Below, in pieces: positions 19,026 through 31,011 of a DNA stretch of 60,000 nt. The notes under the pieces were generated by a model. The model saw only the letters and a program-made list of their open reading frames with translations, did not search any database and was not told the DNA's origin. Source of the DNA: Amphiscolops sp. MND2022. Lineage: Eukaryota. The translations under genes and the position numbers were made by a program. Position 1 is the first letter of the stretch. Each line of letters opens with the position of its first letter. The stretch spans positions 86,368,001-86,428,000 of the forward strand of contig OZ076409.1 of NCBI GenBank assembly GCA_964187785.1, in the 5' to 3' direction.

Positions 19026-22000
19026 CTGAGATCTATCGGGTGAGTTCACGGATGAAATAATGGAGAGAGGGGGTTTTTCATTCTGATGATGGGGTTTCAC
19101 TCTGCGACTGATTGAAGACTGGGATGATGCTACTGAGCGCTGCACCCTGAAATATCAGACACATTTTTAGACGTGTACAGACAAAAGCGCCCATTTTACA
19201 GTCATAGGCGCCCCAGTCAAAAGCGCTTCGCTAATTTTTGAACTGATTTCATGGCCTCTAATTAAATCTCATTGACGGTGTTCAAACAAAATAATAATTC
19301 ACTGGTAATGCCATGTCTGAAATTTTCACACGTAACAAATTCCAATTGAAAACGACTTGTCCATCATTTTGACATTTCTGCCAGCAAAATGTAAATCTCT
19401 TAAAGAAGCAATTAGTCAATACAATGTTTTAAAATGAAAAACTCATAATTATTCAATTGGAGTGCGGAACTTGAAAGGGGTGGAGAAGAGTCAGCAAATG
19501 CCATGTAGCCTTTAATTCGGGCTCTTATGACTGCGGCACTTTTGACTGTGTATTTTGGGCGCTTTTGTCTAGTAACCAATTTTAGTGGCTACATACTCGA
19601 GACATGTAATTTTTAGGAATATTTCTACAATGACAAAAGGCTACTAATGAACTCATCTGAAGTTTTGTTGTTTAGGACAATGTGATTTTTCAAAAGTCCA
19701 AGTAATAATATTTATTTAACTAGTAGCAAATCGTCCGCCAACAAAAAACATCCTGTTACCCTCACAGGTAGACTGAAATTCTGATTGCGGAATCAGTAAT
19801 TGGATGGCGAGAATTTACAGTCATAGGGAATTTACTAACTTGAACTGACACCTGACGCTCCCATAACACCTGGTCAACAGTCTTTCTTTTGAATCTTCAC
19901 TCATATTGTGGAGTTGCAAAGACGAAGTGTTGGCAGGGGCGGCAAAAGCTAGAACCGATTGTGACAAGTAGAAAGTTTTGGCGACACTCAGGTTGGAAGT
20001 GATGGAACACAAGTTGAGGATGTGTCCCACAGGAACTGACAAATTGGCCAGAGGATAGTGGCATCTGGACCCAGCATCCACGCCCCAAACTGTCATGTTC
20101 AAGAATTCAGTTTTGCAGGGTTGCACTTCAAATGAGAAGGTATTGCGAATAAAACTGAAACAACACAGCTCATTTCTCCGTTTTTTGACATGAATTTTTG
20201 ACACAAAAAATGATAAACGTTCCGGAGTTTAGCGACCGGGTATCAAAAATGGACCCTCCTCAGTGCCTCAAATTTCGCAGAGTCTTTAATTTGAATTTAT
20301 AAAACCACCCAAAGGAAAAACTTCATAACAATTCTCTTTAAAATGTTTCATATTCTAATCTCGTACACTTTCTTTGAAATTAATTTTGGAGTCGTTGAAC
20401 TCAACGCAGACGCAATGGGTGTCATTTTGCGATTTAAAAATCTCGCAGTGTGACCATTTTTCGAGATTCGATTGTGTCTCTACAACTACAGTAGAAAACA
20501 GTCAAAGGCTAGTTATCCTAAATTTGGAAAAGAAATATGGCACGAAACAAACCTATTGCAACAGTTGATGATATGAGAAGCGGAAAATAATCCAGATTGT
20601 TGATTAGAAGACTGTTGAAAGTCCAGTATTTCATCAAGAGGAGCTGAAGATGCAGTATACTCAGTTCGATCAAGAGTTGTTCTTTTGTCCCGTGTTTGTT
20701 CAGTTCTCGCTTCAGTAGCAGAAACACTGCGGCTCTCTCGTAATTCCAACTCAACTGACTTAGGATCCGGGCTACCAACATTCATCGAGACAGACCTTGC
20801 TTGTGAAACTTGGTTTGATGCCTTCTTAATTCCATCAATTTCTTCGGTATCTTTTTCTCTCTTTCTGCTCTTGTCGACAAACAACTCATCAGTATTAACT
20901 TCGTGGGTTTCATTTTCAATAGTTTCAACTTTCGATACGTCAATACTGGATGCGGATAAAACCGAAACTCCTGTGTCTTGTTTCTCAAGTGTTTCATTTT
21001 CATCGACAACAAACGAGATTGCTGAATCAGCCGAGTGACGACGAATACTTGCAACTCGGATGGGTACGATCCCATCTAGTCGTTGCTCATCAGAAGAAAT
21101 TGCGTGATCATCATTCTGAATTGAAGTAGTTTTGCTATCGTCTTGAGCCGATGCAGAAGTTTTTTCCTCACATTGTTTGTCTTGCTCCATGAGGGACCCA
21201 GGCTCCAAAATATCTTTGGGGGTGTTATGTATGACTGGTTGCGGTTCGCTATTCCTCTTGTCAACTCTTCTAGACTTCTGATGACCTCTGCTTTTCACCA
21301 ACGGCTCACTAGTGTTTCTACACAAAAGAAAAGTATTTCACGGAAGTACTGCGGTTGAAGCTCTATAATAGAGGCTGCGTCTTGACAACGCAGTTCAACA
21401 ACCCAAATCATGAAATTCTTGAGCCAAATTCTAATTAGAAGCTGCATGATAATGAATTAGTTTCTAACAACTTTGATACGCTCTCAGACAATTATATCGA
21501 TAGAGACGTTATATGATTTCAGATGAAAGCTTACCTCCTAATACCCAAATTTTCTCGTTTGGCGAAAATCTTGAGCACATCTGTAGTAGAGACGCACAAT
21601 ATATCACTCACAACTGCATCAACCTGAGCGTCCATCAATTGATTAACTTCATTGAAATGTTTGGACACAATGTCAACTCCATCGATGCTTAATAACACAT
21701 CGCCTGCTTTCAAATTCATTCCTGCATCATTGTTAGCATCGATGCTAGAGAGTGTCTCTTGCTCGGAAGTCCCGGCAGATCCGTTTTGATTGAGCGATGA
21801 AACTGAAGCTACTTTCAGCCTGTAGCAAATGGTGCCGTTTTCCACTTGTTTTGTCTCGACGAAAGTAAACGATTCTTTGAACGTTGACTTGTCATAACTG
21901 AAGTTCAAGAACTCAACGATCACTTTTCTTCCTACCGAACTAAGCGATGGATCTTCTGAGGACGTGACGACAGTATACGGGACCAGTGGCTTGTAATCGA

Positions 22001-25000
22001 CACTGAGAGTCACAAAAACTTTCTCAACTCGCACAGCTTCGAACATCAGAGACAAATTTGACAGCCGACCCACAGTAACTTCCAGTGATGTCTTCTGGAA
22101 ACCAGTATCAGGTCCATTTGCTACTTCTTCTTTGGAGAAATCCACCGTGAAATTTGGTCGAAAACGTTCATCTTTGATTTCTAGAAACAGTATTTAAATT
22201 TGACATTTCAAATTATAGGACTAACTTGTAGATAATCTAAGAGCAAACAAATTACTTCAGAGCCAAATTGGTCCAAAAAATCTACTGATGTACTTCAATG
22301 GACTGAATGAATGAATGGAAAGGATACAACAATCAGTTTTAGCGCAGCATATGACGGAATCTAAAGATCCATTAAGATAAATACATGTTCAATAATTTCC
22401 GCGCTGAAATATTTTGGCGACAGTATAATTTTAGATATCAAGCCTTACTTTAACTACGAAACCTGCTCTAAAAGTTCAAAATATTGAGGCACAAATTTTC
22501 AAAAAAGTTCAAACATCTCTATAAATACGATGCTACAACAATTTTTCCAATCGTTGATTTCTGTGTATAGACGTAAAGTTAGGAAAAACGCCGACTGAGA
22601 TCAATATTTTTCTTTCCCATGCGGAACATGAGCTTTAATAAAAAATGTTGATACTAACTAGTGAGCTGTTCGAGAGTAATATCGGAAGAGAAGAAAGGTT
22701 TGAAGCGTGGCTTGATGGCTGGTAGCACATGCATCTTTTTAATGCCCTTGCGAATGCCATTTGAGACCAGCAACTCAATTTTATGTTTGAAAGGTAACAG
22801 CTGTCCACGCACTTTCACTTTCAAATCAATCGTGGGTTCCTCTTTGAATGAGAAATACCAATATTCACAGGGGCATGTGAGGAACCCTAGAAACAGAAGA
22901 GAGCTCCAAAAACACTTTTCACGGTTCATGTCCACTAATTATTTCGATGGAACAGGCTGATAAACTGGACCTTGATCAGAGTTTGGACACCGCTAATCAG
23001 CGATTTAGCGTATTAGCGGCCGCGCAGAATTTTTCAGCGATTTTATTACCGATTCAAATTAGCGGAAATTGGTATTCAAAATTTCCTCGGAGTTTCAATA
23101 TGAATTTCGAAAAATTTCAACTCTTACACTCGTAAAAGTCACACTGTATAAAACAGTTCATTTTTTTACAAAAAATTATTCGTTATCGTTTATATCTTAA
23201 CCATTCTTGAATTCAAACATTTAATAGTTTGAAGAAAAAAGTTCAGGGATTTTTACATCAGCGGTTTAACGAAAAACAAGCCGAGAACGGCCAAAGTCGG
23301 CGCCATATCTAAGGCTCAAAATTTAAAAGGGGGACCCTTCGGGCTTTGTGAAACTCCAGCTGGTTGCAAAAAGTTTAAAAAAATTGAAGGGGGACCCTTT
23401 GGAGACATAAAAAAATTTCCGAAAAAAAATTTTTAATGAGATTTTTGAACAGTGTCACAGTGCCAAAAAATGTAAAAGGGGGACCCTTTGCGATTTTTTG
23501 ACATCCATTGTGTTGCAAAACATCAAAAAAAATTGAAGGGGGGCCCTTTGGGGAAAAATTTCAATCCAAAAAGTTTCAAAAAGTCGCATAGTTCCGAAAA
23601 AAAGTGGGGATCCTTAGTGTGATTTCGAGGTTGTGGACGTCTGTTTTGTTTTTTCTTTTCGTTTTGGACGCGCTTCTGAGGTTGGAGTTGTTGAGGTTTG
23701 AGGTTGTTGAACAAATGAACAAAAAAGTGGACCTTTCGTGTCTAAAAAAAACTGTAATAGTCGGGCACATTTTCTACTAAAATGCGCCGACTAAAAATAG
23801 CTATGTCAAAACTCTGACCTTGATATACTTCTACTTCTCAATTGCGGCTTTAGAAACTTACCAAATATAGCGGGACCTGACAGTTGTGAGATAGCAACAC
23901 TCAAATCAGCAACACCAAGAACGTGAGAGACCGATAGGACAAAAGAAACACCATTGAAGTACGTGAAGTTGGTTTGTAATGCAAGTTCCTCAATTTCGCC
24001 ATCTGCTTCTGCCGATTTCTTGATTTTCACCACTTGGAAACAGTCCAGAAGAGGGGGCGCCTCACCCAATGAGAAGTCCCTAACTTCAAATCTTTTGATG
24101 CCTAAACAAAGTAAACAATCTGTTGGTTTGGCCCTGTTAAAACTAAAAACGTCCCAGGGCGCTACTATATTGAAAAATCCTTTCCGAATGAACGACTTTA
24201 TTTTTTTCTATCCACAGTTTCTGATGGGTTTTATGATCAAGAATGAAGGATAAAGAAGACAATAAGCTACAAAGTAAAGTTAAACTTTGTGCAAAATTTG
24301 AAAAACTTGGCTGCGTGATCATTTTTCCTCACATTTGATCCAATTATTAGTATTGAATAGTTGAAAACTGCTTGACAAAACCTACCATTTATTTTGCTCA
24401 AAACAGCTGACACTTCTTTTCTCAGTTGCGTGCAAGCATATTCGTTTATGAAGGCTTTGTTTCGGGTTCTTTGGAAGAAAAATTGGCCCAGCAACTGGAA
24501 CCAGTCCGAGGTTTCCGGAACAAAATCCTCGAAGTCACTAAAATAAAGGTCAATAGCGTGGAACTGCACTTAGCAAATAGGCCAATGAAGTGAGATGCAT
24601 ATTTTTGGGGGCGAATCGAGAGTAACTGATTTGATTGCCAGTTACTTCCTGATCACCGCTATTACTGAGTATTCTTTATCAAAGAGCTTTCAATCATGGG
24701 AAGCGTTCCTAAATCAAAGCAAGCACTCAAAACTTTTTAAGCAGCAGCACTTTTTAATGTTCACACAGTCTCGTTTTATATTACCTTCCTGATATCGGTA
24801 CCATTGGTATTAGAAACGTGTGCTATGGGCTCAAATTGTAAGTCCGTCAACAGACAAGCGAGCTTTATGAATATTCATGTTAATTTAAATCGCTAGCACC
24901 AAAAATTGGTCATGAAATCAGAAACATTTTCGATATGCATTAATATGCGTGTATGCAATCAGAATTGAAATTATTTTTTAACCCAGATTTTAAACTCCCT

Positions 25001-25676
25001 ACCCTAACCCTAATGGTCCACAGACTAAGGGTTTGGCCCTCCCCTATATAACCCCAATTCTAGATTGGAATTGCACCGTTTATTGTTCCACAGTTTAGAA
25101 GATTGGAAACAGCTGTTGAAATTCAACTTCAAAAACACGCAAAAAGTCACAGTTTTTGAAGAAAACGGCAAAATCCAAGGAACTTGTAAAGGAATTAGTG
25201 CGATACGCAAAACAATATGCGTTTGCAAAACAAAACTTTACTTTATCGAAATAAAAATACTTCAGCTGATCTAAAACGCCTGCAGCAAAAGAGCATAGAA
25301 AAGAATCAAACAGAAGCGTAACGAAACTCAAAAGAAGTCTAGAAAAAGTGTGAAACTTGCACGAATGCTACCGACCTTTAGAACCCATCCCACAAAGCCT
25401 TTGGACGTTTCTGAAATGCCACCTTTTAAAAACATTCACTTGTTCAATGATGAAATGAAGAAATGCATACATATTCATCATTGAAATAAATTCTTAAAAT
25501 TCAAAAGCAACAGATTTGCAAATTACTGGAAAGCATCAACAATCGACTTACTTGGGCAATGTTGAAATGCCAGCATTGCATCTTTCCTTGTCTTCTTCCA
25601 GGTGCCACCAGAGACATAGACAGAATCCCCCTATGAATCCAAGCAGACAGGCAAACACAAAAACCAGCAGCAACAT
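19026..25676 (-). CDS. PDZD8: PDZ domain-containing protein 8 (N-terminal TM, SMP, PDZ, C2). Exons 25676-25552, 24537-24386, 24101-23862, 22886-22659, 22180-21535, 21317-20553, 20154-19840, 19146-19026
   Basis: N-terminal TM MLLLVFVFACLLGFIGG; SMP end WYFSFKEEPTID...KKMHVLPAIKPRFKPFF; PDZ LKAGDVLLSIDGVDI; C2-like FLNMTVWG. All introns are GT-AG with consistent phases. 3' end uncertain. Confidence 0.85.
23275..23797 (+). mobile_element. DINE-1/HINE-like non-autonomous Helentron in a PDZD8 intron
   Basis: AACAAG-GCCG..CGGC hairpin-AGTCGGCGC at one end, AGTCGGGC...GCGCCGACT-AAAAA at the other. No TSD. Confidence 0.7.
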
Positions 25677-26025
25677 TCCGTCGAATCGTGACGTCAGCAG
25701 AAATCATGACGTCATTTCATTCATCACTTCTGGAATTACCACTTGGAACAGACACACTTAAACTTACGCCCGGAATGGACAAATCAAATTTTAATTAATT
25801 AATATTAATAAATATTAAACAATATTAATAAGATATGAAACTAATTGATATCCAGACCACAAATGAAATCAAACATCATAGAGAAGTTGAGAGCGAGAGG
25901 GTTTGATGCACCATTGAGCAGGACAGACAACCATTACGATACACATCCCGGTGAAGTGGATTTCAGTCACGCGGTGTAATCTGTTTATTTCGTAAAATGT
26001 TCGATCAGCGTAAGTCAGTCAAGAC

Positions 26026-26520
26026 CAGGGGTGCTCAAAAATTGATTGTACTTCCACTGAAATGCATACAATTAATTGATTGGGAATTTGAAACCAATTA
26101 GTGAATTGATTTTTCGGGCCAGCAATTAATTGCAATTAATTGTTTCAGACAAATACATGTAAAGGTATCAAACTATCTCGAAAAATGGAAAAATCCTCGA
26201 AAATTATTAAAAGTGGCTACATGGATTCACGATTTCTGTTGCCAACCTCAAACATGGTTGAAAGATTTTTCAGCTTGGCAGGCTTTACTTTTAGTGATAA
26301 CAGGCAACGCTGACATCAGCAAATTTTGAGATGCAAATTTTTCTGAAACTGATTAGGAAATTCTGGGACGAAGAACTTGTGAGCGCTAGTGTTGAACATT
26401 AATGCAATTAATTGCAATTGTTGCAATTAATTGATTGCCCCTGATAAGTAATTGCAATTAATTGACTGTTTCCTGAATAATTGATTTTTTTGCCCATCAA
26501 TTAACTTTTGAGCACCCCTG
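26026..26520 (+). mobile_element. Non-autonomous hAT element
   Basis: TIR CAGGGGTGCTCAAAA / TTTTGAGCACCCCTG, perfect 8-bp TSD GTCAAGAC, internal remnant RFLLPTSNMVERFFSLAG. Confidence 0.93.
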
Positions 26521-26573
26521 GTCAAGACGGTTTATGCCTGGACGGCGTAGCTGTCAACACGCGTAATGGAAAA

Positions 26574-27113
26574 GGATCACGTTAATAACTTCTAAATAAA
26601 TAAGTTCTAAAATTATATTAGTAAATAACTTCTAAATAAATAAGTTCTAAAATTATATTAGTAAATAACTTCTAAAATGCATTTGCGTCTGGTAACTTCT
26701 AAAATCATTCTAGTAAAGATTGCTATTCATTATTCCGAAAATAAATTTACCGTTCCATTATTCCGAAAATAAACTTACCGTTCTATTATTCCGAAAACTT
26801 ATTTGAAGAGATTAGCATATTTGTTGTATGGCTCGGTCGCTTCGCTCCCTTCGCCAAGTAGCACATTGAGGCATGGCCATATGGCACGTCGCTCCGCTTC
26901 GCTTCGCTCCTGCATTTAGGGCACTAGGGGTATGTGAACATAGCTAACGACGTTATAGAAATAATTACGTCAAAACAGCTGTTTGGAAGTTATTTACTAG
27001 ATGCCATTGCAATTTAGAAGTTATTTACTAAAATAATTTTAGAACTTGTTTATTTAGAAGTTGTTTACTATATCAATTAGAAGTTATTTATTTAGAAGTT
27101 ATTTACTTTCCCC
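26574..27113. mobile_element. Foldback/Mutator-like MITE with long, internally repetitive inverted arms
   Basis: TAAATAACTTCTAAA repeats on the left and their reverse complements on the right. GG...CC ends. Flanking direct repeat ATGGAAAA (26566, 27114). Confidence 0.75.
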
Positions 27114-28323
27114 ATGGAAAATAGTGTAAACTAGTCAAGGCGCGTAGTTAGTGAAAAGTGGAAGTTACGGCAATTACCACGATAACGGTTAAACAACTAG
27201 TTGAAACTCTAGGGCAGAAACTAGAAGAGCTGTTTCAGATCATTTTCTGTCCCGATTGGATATTTCTCTTGATTTCGAAGAATGAAGTGCTGTATTTTGC
27301 TCCTGAATATCGCTTCAAATAATCTTTTCCTACCTGGTTAACGGTTTTCACTCAAAATCTAATGCTTTTGCGTAGATTCATATCCTCTCCCAAATGCAAT
27401 ATTGAAAGCCCATTGAACACCACTATGATTTTGAGCACAATATATAACATAACCTGTTGAAGTACCCAAACATACAATCGTTCAGTTTCCATGTACCTAC
27501 CTTCCGCTTTACCACTCAGATCAACTACCAAAAATTATCCAAAGAAAGATCTCAGAATTTATACCAAGTAAAAATGGCACACAAATGAAAAGTACATGAA
27601 TGAAGAAAACACGGTCTTGATCACACATGGATTAAAACCTCCAGTAATTCAAAGATTTTAGTGTTTCTGAATATGAATCCTGTTTACGTTCAGCTACGAC
27701 CTCAAGCTTTATGGTTACAGAGTTTGGAAACATTCTTGGAAAGGCTTGTGCCTGACTACTACAGTGACTAGTTTTATTTTTCGAAAACTTGGGCGGAACT
27801 TTTTCATGGGTCCTAAAAAATAACACCTAAAAATTCATACAGCACAAAAAGATATCCCCTCAGGATCGCGCACGCAACCTTTTGGGTACAAATTGTTGTA
27901 AAGACTAGGCTATCTTGCTTCTAGTGCATCGTATTAAACTTTCAGTGGTACTTTTGTAGAAATAAATAGTTCACTTCCGTTAGATTGAAGTAAACCAAAG
28001 AAAGACTACAAAAATTAACGAACTATATTTCATACATTGCCGACTGTAAATTCAAATTTTCCGAAGTCCCATAAACTTTGAATAGATTAAAAACTTCGCA
28101 TTTTGACACTGTCCCATGCGAAGTAAGTTAATAAGACAGTGAATGCGTCCAAGTAGGTCCAGAAGCCCTAATCAAGGGCATAATGGTTAAACTGCGATCA
28201 GAAGTTAGAACATGAGAGCAAAACAAATAGCGTAATCAAATGAGAGCGAGTTTTGAAACTCGTCATAGCTGTTTGATGCAAAAGTAGCTAATTTGATATG
28301 GATAAAATAATTTCTGCGGAGCT

Positions 28324-28989
28324 AACAAGACGGGAACGGCTAAAGTTGGCGCTATATCTAATGCTCAAAAAGCGTAAAGATTTTAGGATGTGCTCAGGAC
28401 GTTTTTTTTAAAAGCAAAAGTTTCGAAACACCGTAACGGTGCCTTTCGTGCTCGGAAAACACCCCGGAAAGAAGTTCGGATATAGCGTGCAGAAACAAAT
28501 GCGAGCGCCTTTTTCGATCCTACGCCTCCTCCTCCTCAGTAAAAGCAAATTAATTCGGATATATCGTCAAAATTTCGGATAGTATAGAAAAAGATTATTT
28601 GTGGGTATATATTGAGAAAACCTAATTTCAGACTAAAAAAGAAATTTGAAACAGTCCCATAGTGCCGAAAAATTTAAAAGGGGAGACCCTTGGACTTTTT
28701 GAAACTCCAGTTTGGTGCAAATATCAAAAAAAATTGAAGGAGGCCCCTTTGGAGACACAAAAATTCGGAAGTCCCACAGTGCAAAAAAAACAAGGGGGGA
28801 TCCTATAGTCTCGTCCGGTGTTCTAGCTTACGTTAAAAATGAAATAAATGAAAGAGGGGACCCTTTGCACTAACTTTCCGCTTACCGGTCCAGTGTGTCC
28901 ACTATGCATACATTGTTATCTGACGAAAAAAAACTAGTCACTGTAACAGTCGGGCTTTTTTCTTTAAAGGAAAATGCGCCGACTAAAAA
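28324..28989 (+). mobile_element. DINE-1/HINE-like element
   Basis: Same termini and internal GGGGACCCTTT / CAGTGCCGAAAA motifs as 23275. Confidence 0.7.
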
Positions 28990-29198
28990 CACGTTAGATG
29001 GTGGCATCGCGGGAAAATGATGAGATCGGGACAAAACAACCGATTTTAAGACTAGATCGGGACAAAACAACCGATTTTAAGACTAAAGATACTTGCCCAT
29101 TTAGGGGATGAGGCAGTTTAGTTGACTTTCAACATGGGACCATTTAGCTAATTGTTTCTTTACATATCAAGTGCGAGAATTGGACATCGCTTATTAGT

Positions 29199-30385
29199 AA
29201 CAAGACAGGAACGTCTAAAGTCGGCGCTATATCTAAGGCTCAAAAAGCTCAGAGTTTTCTAAATATGCCCAGGATGTATTCATGAAAAGCTTTGAAAACG
29301 CTTTCGAGAGACACCCAAAGTGTGCCTTTCATGTTCGATATGACTGGAAAATCACTTTTCCCGACTCGACTGGAAACAAAAAAAAATTGAAAATTTTTTT
29401 TTTGAAAAAACTTCGAAAACGTCGCATAGTGCCAAAAAATGAAAAGGGGGGACCCTTTGGGATTCATTAACATACTTTTTGTTGCAAAATATCAGAAAAT
29501 CCGAAGGGGGGACTCTTTTGAAAAATTAAAAATTTTCGAAAAAAAAAATCGCACAGTGCCGAAAAAAAATTGTAAGGGGGGACCCTTTGGAGTCTTCCGG
29601 TTTTGTAGGTTACGTAAAAAAGGTAAAAAACGAAAGGGGGGACCCTTTGCAGTAAGTTTGCATTGGTCGAACTGGCCTGAGTGAACTTATCAGTTTCTGT
29701 AAAAAGTGGTACATACGCGATGAGCTCTGTGGTCTGACGAAAAAAAAAAGAAAAAACAAGACGGGAACGTCTAAAGTCGGCGCTATATCTAAGGCTCAAA
29801 AAGCTCAGAGTTTTCTAAATATGCCCAGGATGTATTCATGAAAAGCTTTGAAAACACTTTCGAGACACCCAAAGTGCCTTGCATGCTCGATATGACTGGA
29901 AAATCACTTTTCCCGACTCGACTGGAAACAAAAAAAATTTTGAAAATTTTTTTGAAAAATTTTTTTTGAAAAATTTTTTTTGAGAAAACTTCGAAAACGT
30001 CGCATAGTGCCGAAAAATGAAAAGGGGGGACCCTTTGGGATTCATTAACATACTTTTTGTTGCAAAATATCAAAAAATCCGAAGGGGGGACTCTTTTGAA
30101 AAAATAAAAATTTTCGAATAAAAAATTCGCACAGTGCCGAAAAAAAATTGAAAGGGGGGACCCTTTGGAGTCTTCCGGTTTTGTAGGTTACGTAAAAAAG
30201 GTAAAAAACGAAAGGGGGGACCCTTTGCAGTAAGTTTGCATTGGTCGAACTAACCTGAGTGAACTTATCAGTTTCTGTAAAAAGTGGTACATACGCGATG
30301 AGCTCTGTGGTCTGACGAAAAAAAAAAAACTAGCCACTGTAATAGTCGGGCTTTTTTCCTTAAAGGAAAATGCGCCGACTAAAAA
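29199..30385 (+). mobile_element. Head-to-tail dimer of a DINE-1/HINE-like element
   Basis: Units start at about 29199 and 29755 and are near identical. Only the second unit has the GCGCCGACT end. Confidence 0.8.
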
Positions 30386-31011
30386 TGAGAGAATACTAAT
30401 ACTAATGATATCAATTATAAAATCAATACATATACGAATAAATCCGGCTAATTTGTAACGCTAGGGACCGAATAAAATAGTACGAATAGTGAGAAATACG
30501 AATTACCCGGATGATATTACTTTGGTCGCCGTCAAATGGGGATTCGATACATACGAATTAATCGAAGATCCGAATTTAGCGGATACGAATTAACTGGAGT
30601 AGACTGTTTTGTATGTATGTTGAAAGACAATACATACCACAGTGGATAAAGGATGCTTTTCAAAATGACTATTGTCCCATTTTCAAAATCCGCTATTTAC
30701 GCTCATTTTCGAAATTAGCTATTTTGTCTCGTTTTAAAATCTACTGTTTTGTCCCGTTCCCTAATTTGTTACTTCGGATGCTTCAACTCCGATAGTATGT
30801 CTCCAAGCCGAATATGGAGAATATTATTTTAATTCTTTTCCATTTTCCTTTCGAATCGGCTGTTTTGTTCCCCCTAGTTGAAGCTGCAGGAACTTTTTAC
30901 ATGCTGCAGGCATGCATGCAGGGTAATTTTTTATAAAACCTAGAAAATTCAGTGGCCTTCGGCGCTGCAAAATTGATGAAATTTCAACAATGGTGTTCTT
31001 CTGCATATTAA

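Noticed and set aside
25005..25040. CCCTAA telomere-like units
   Set aside because: Only two to three units; too short to call an interstitial telomere.
27330..27660. Possible minus-strand exons with GT/AG signals
   Set aside because: Stops in the frames tried and no recognisable protein.
30420..30606. TACGAAT-rich segment ending GAGTAGACTGT, like a Tc1/pogo MITE end
   Set aside because: No matching left TIR or TSD found, so not annotated.
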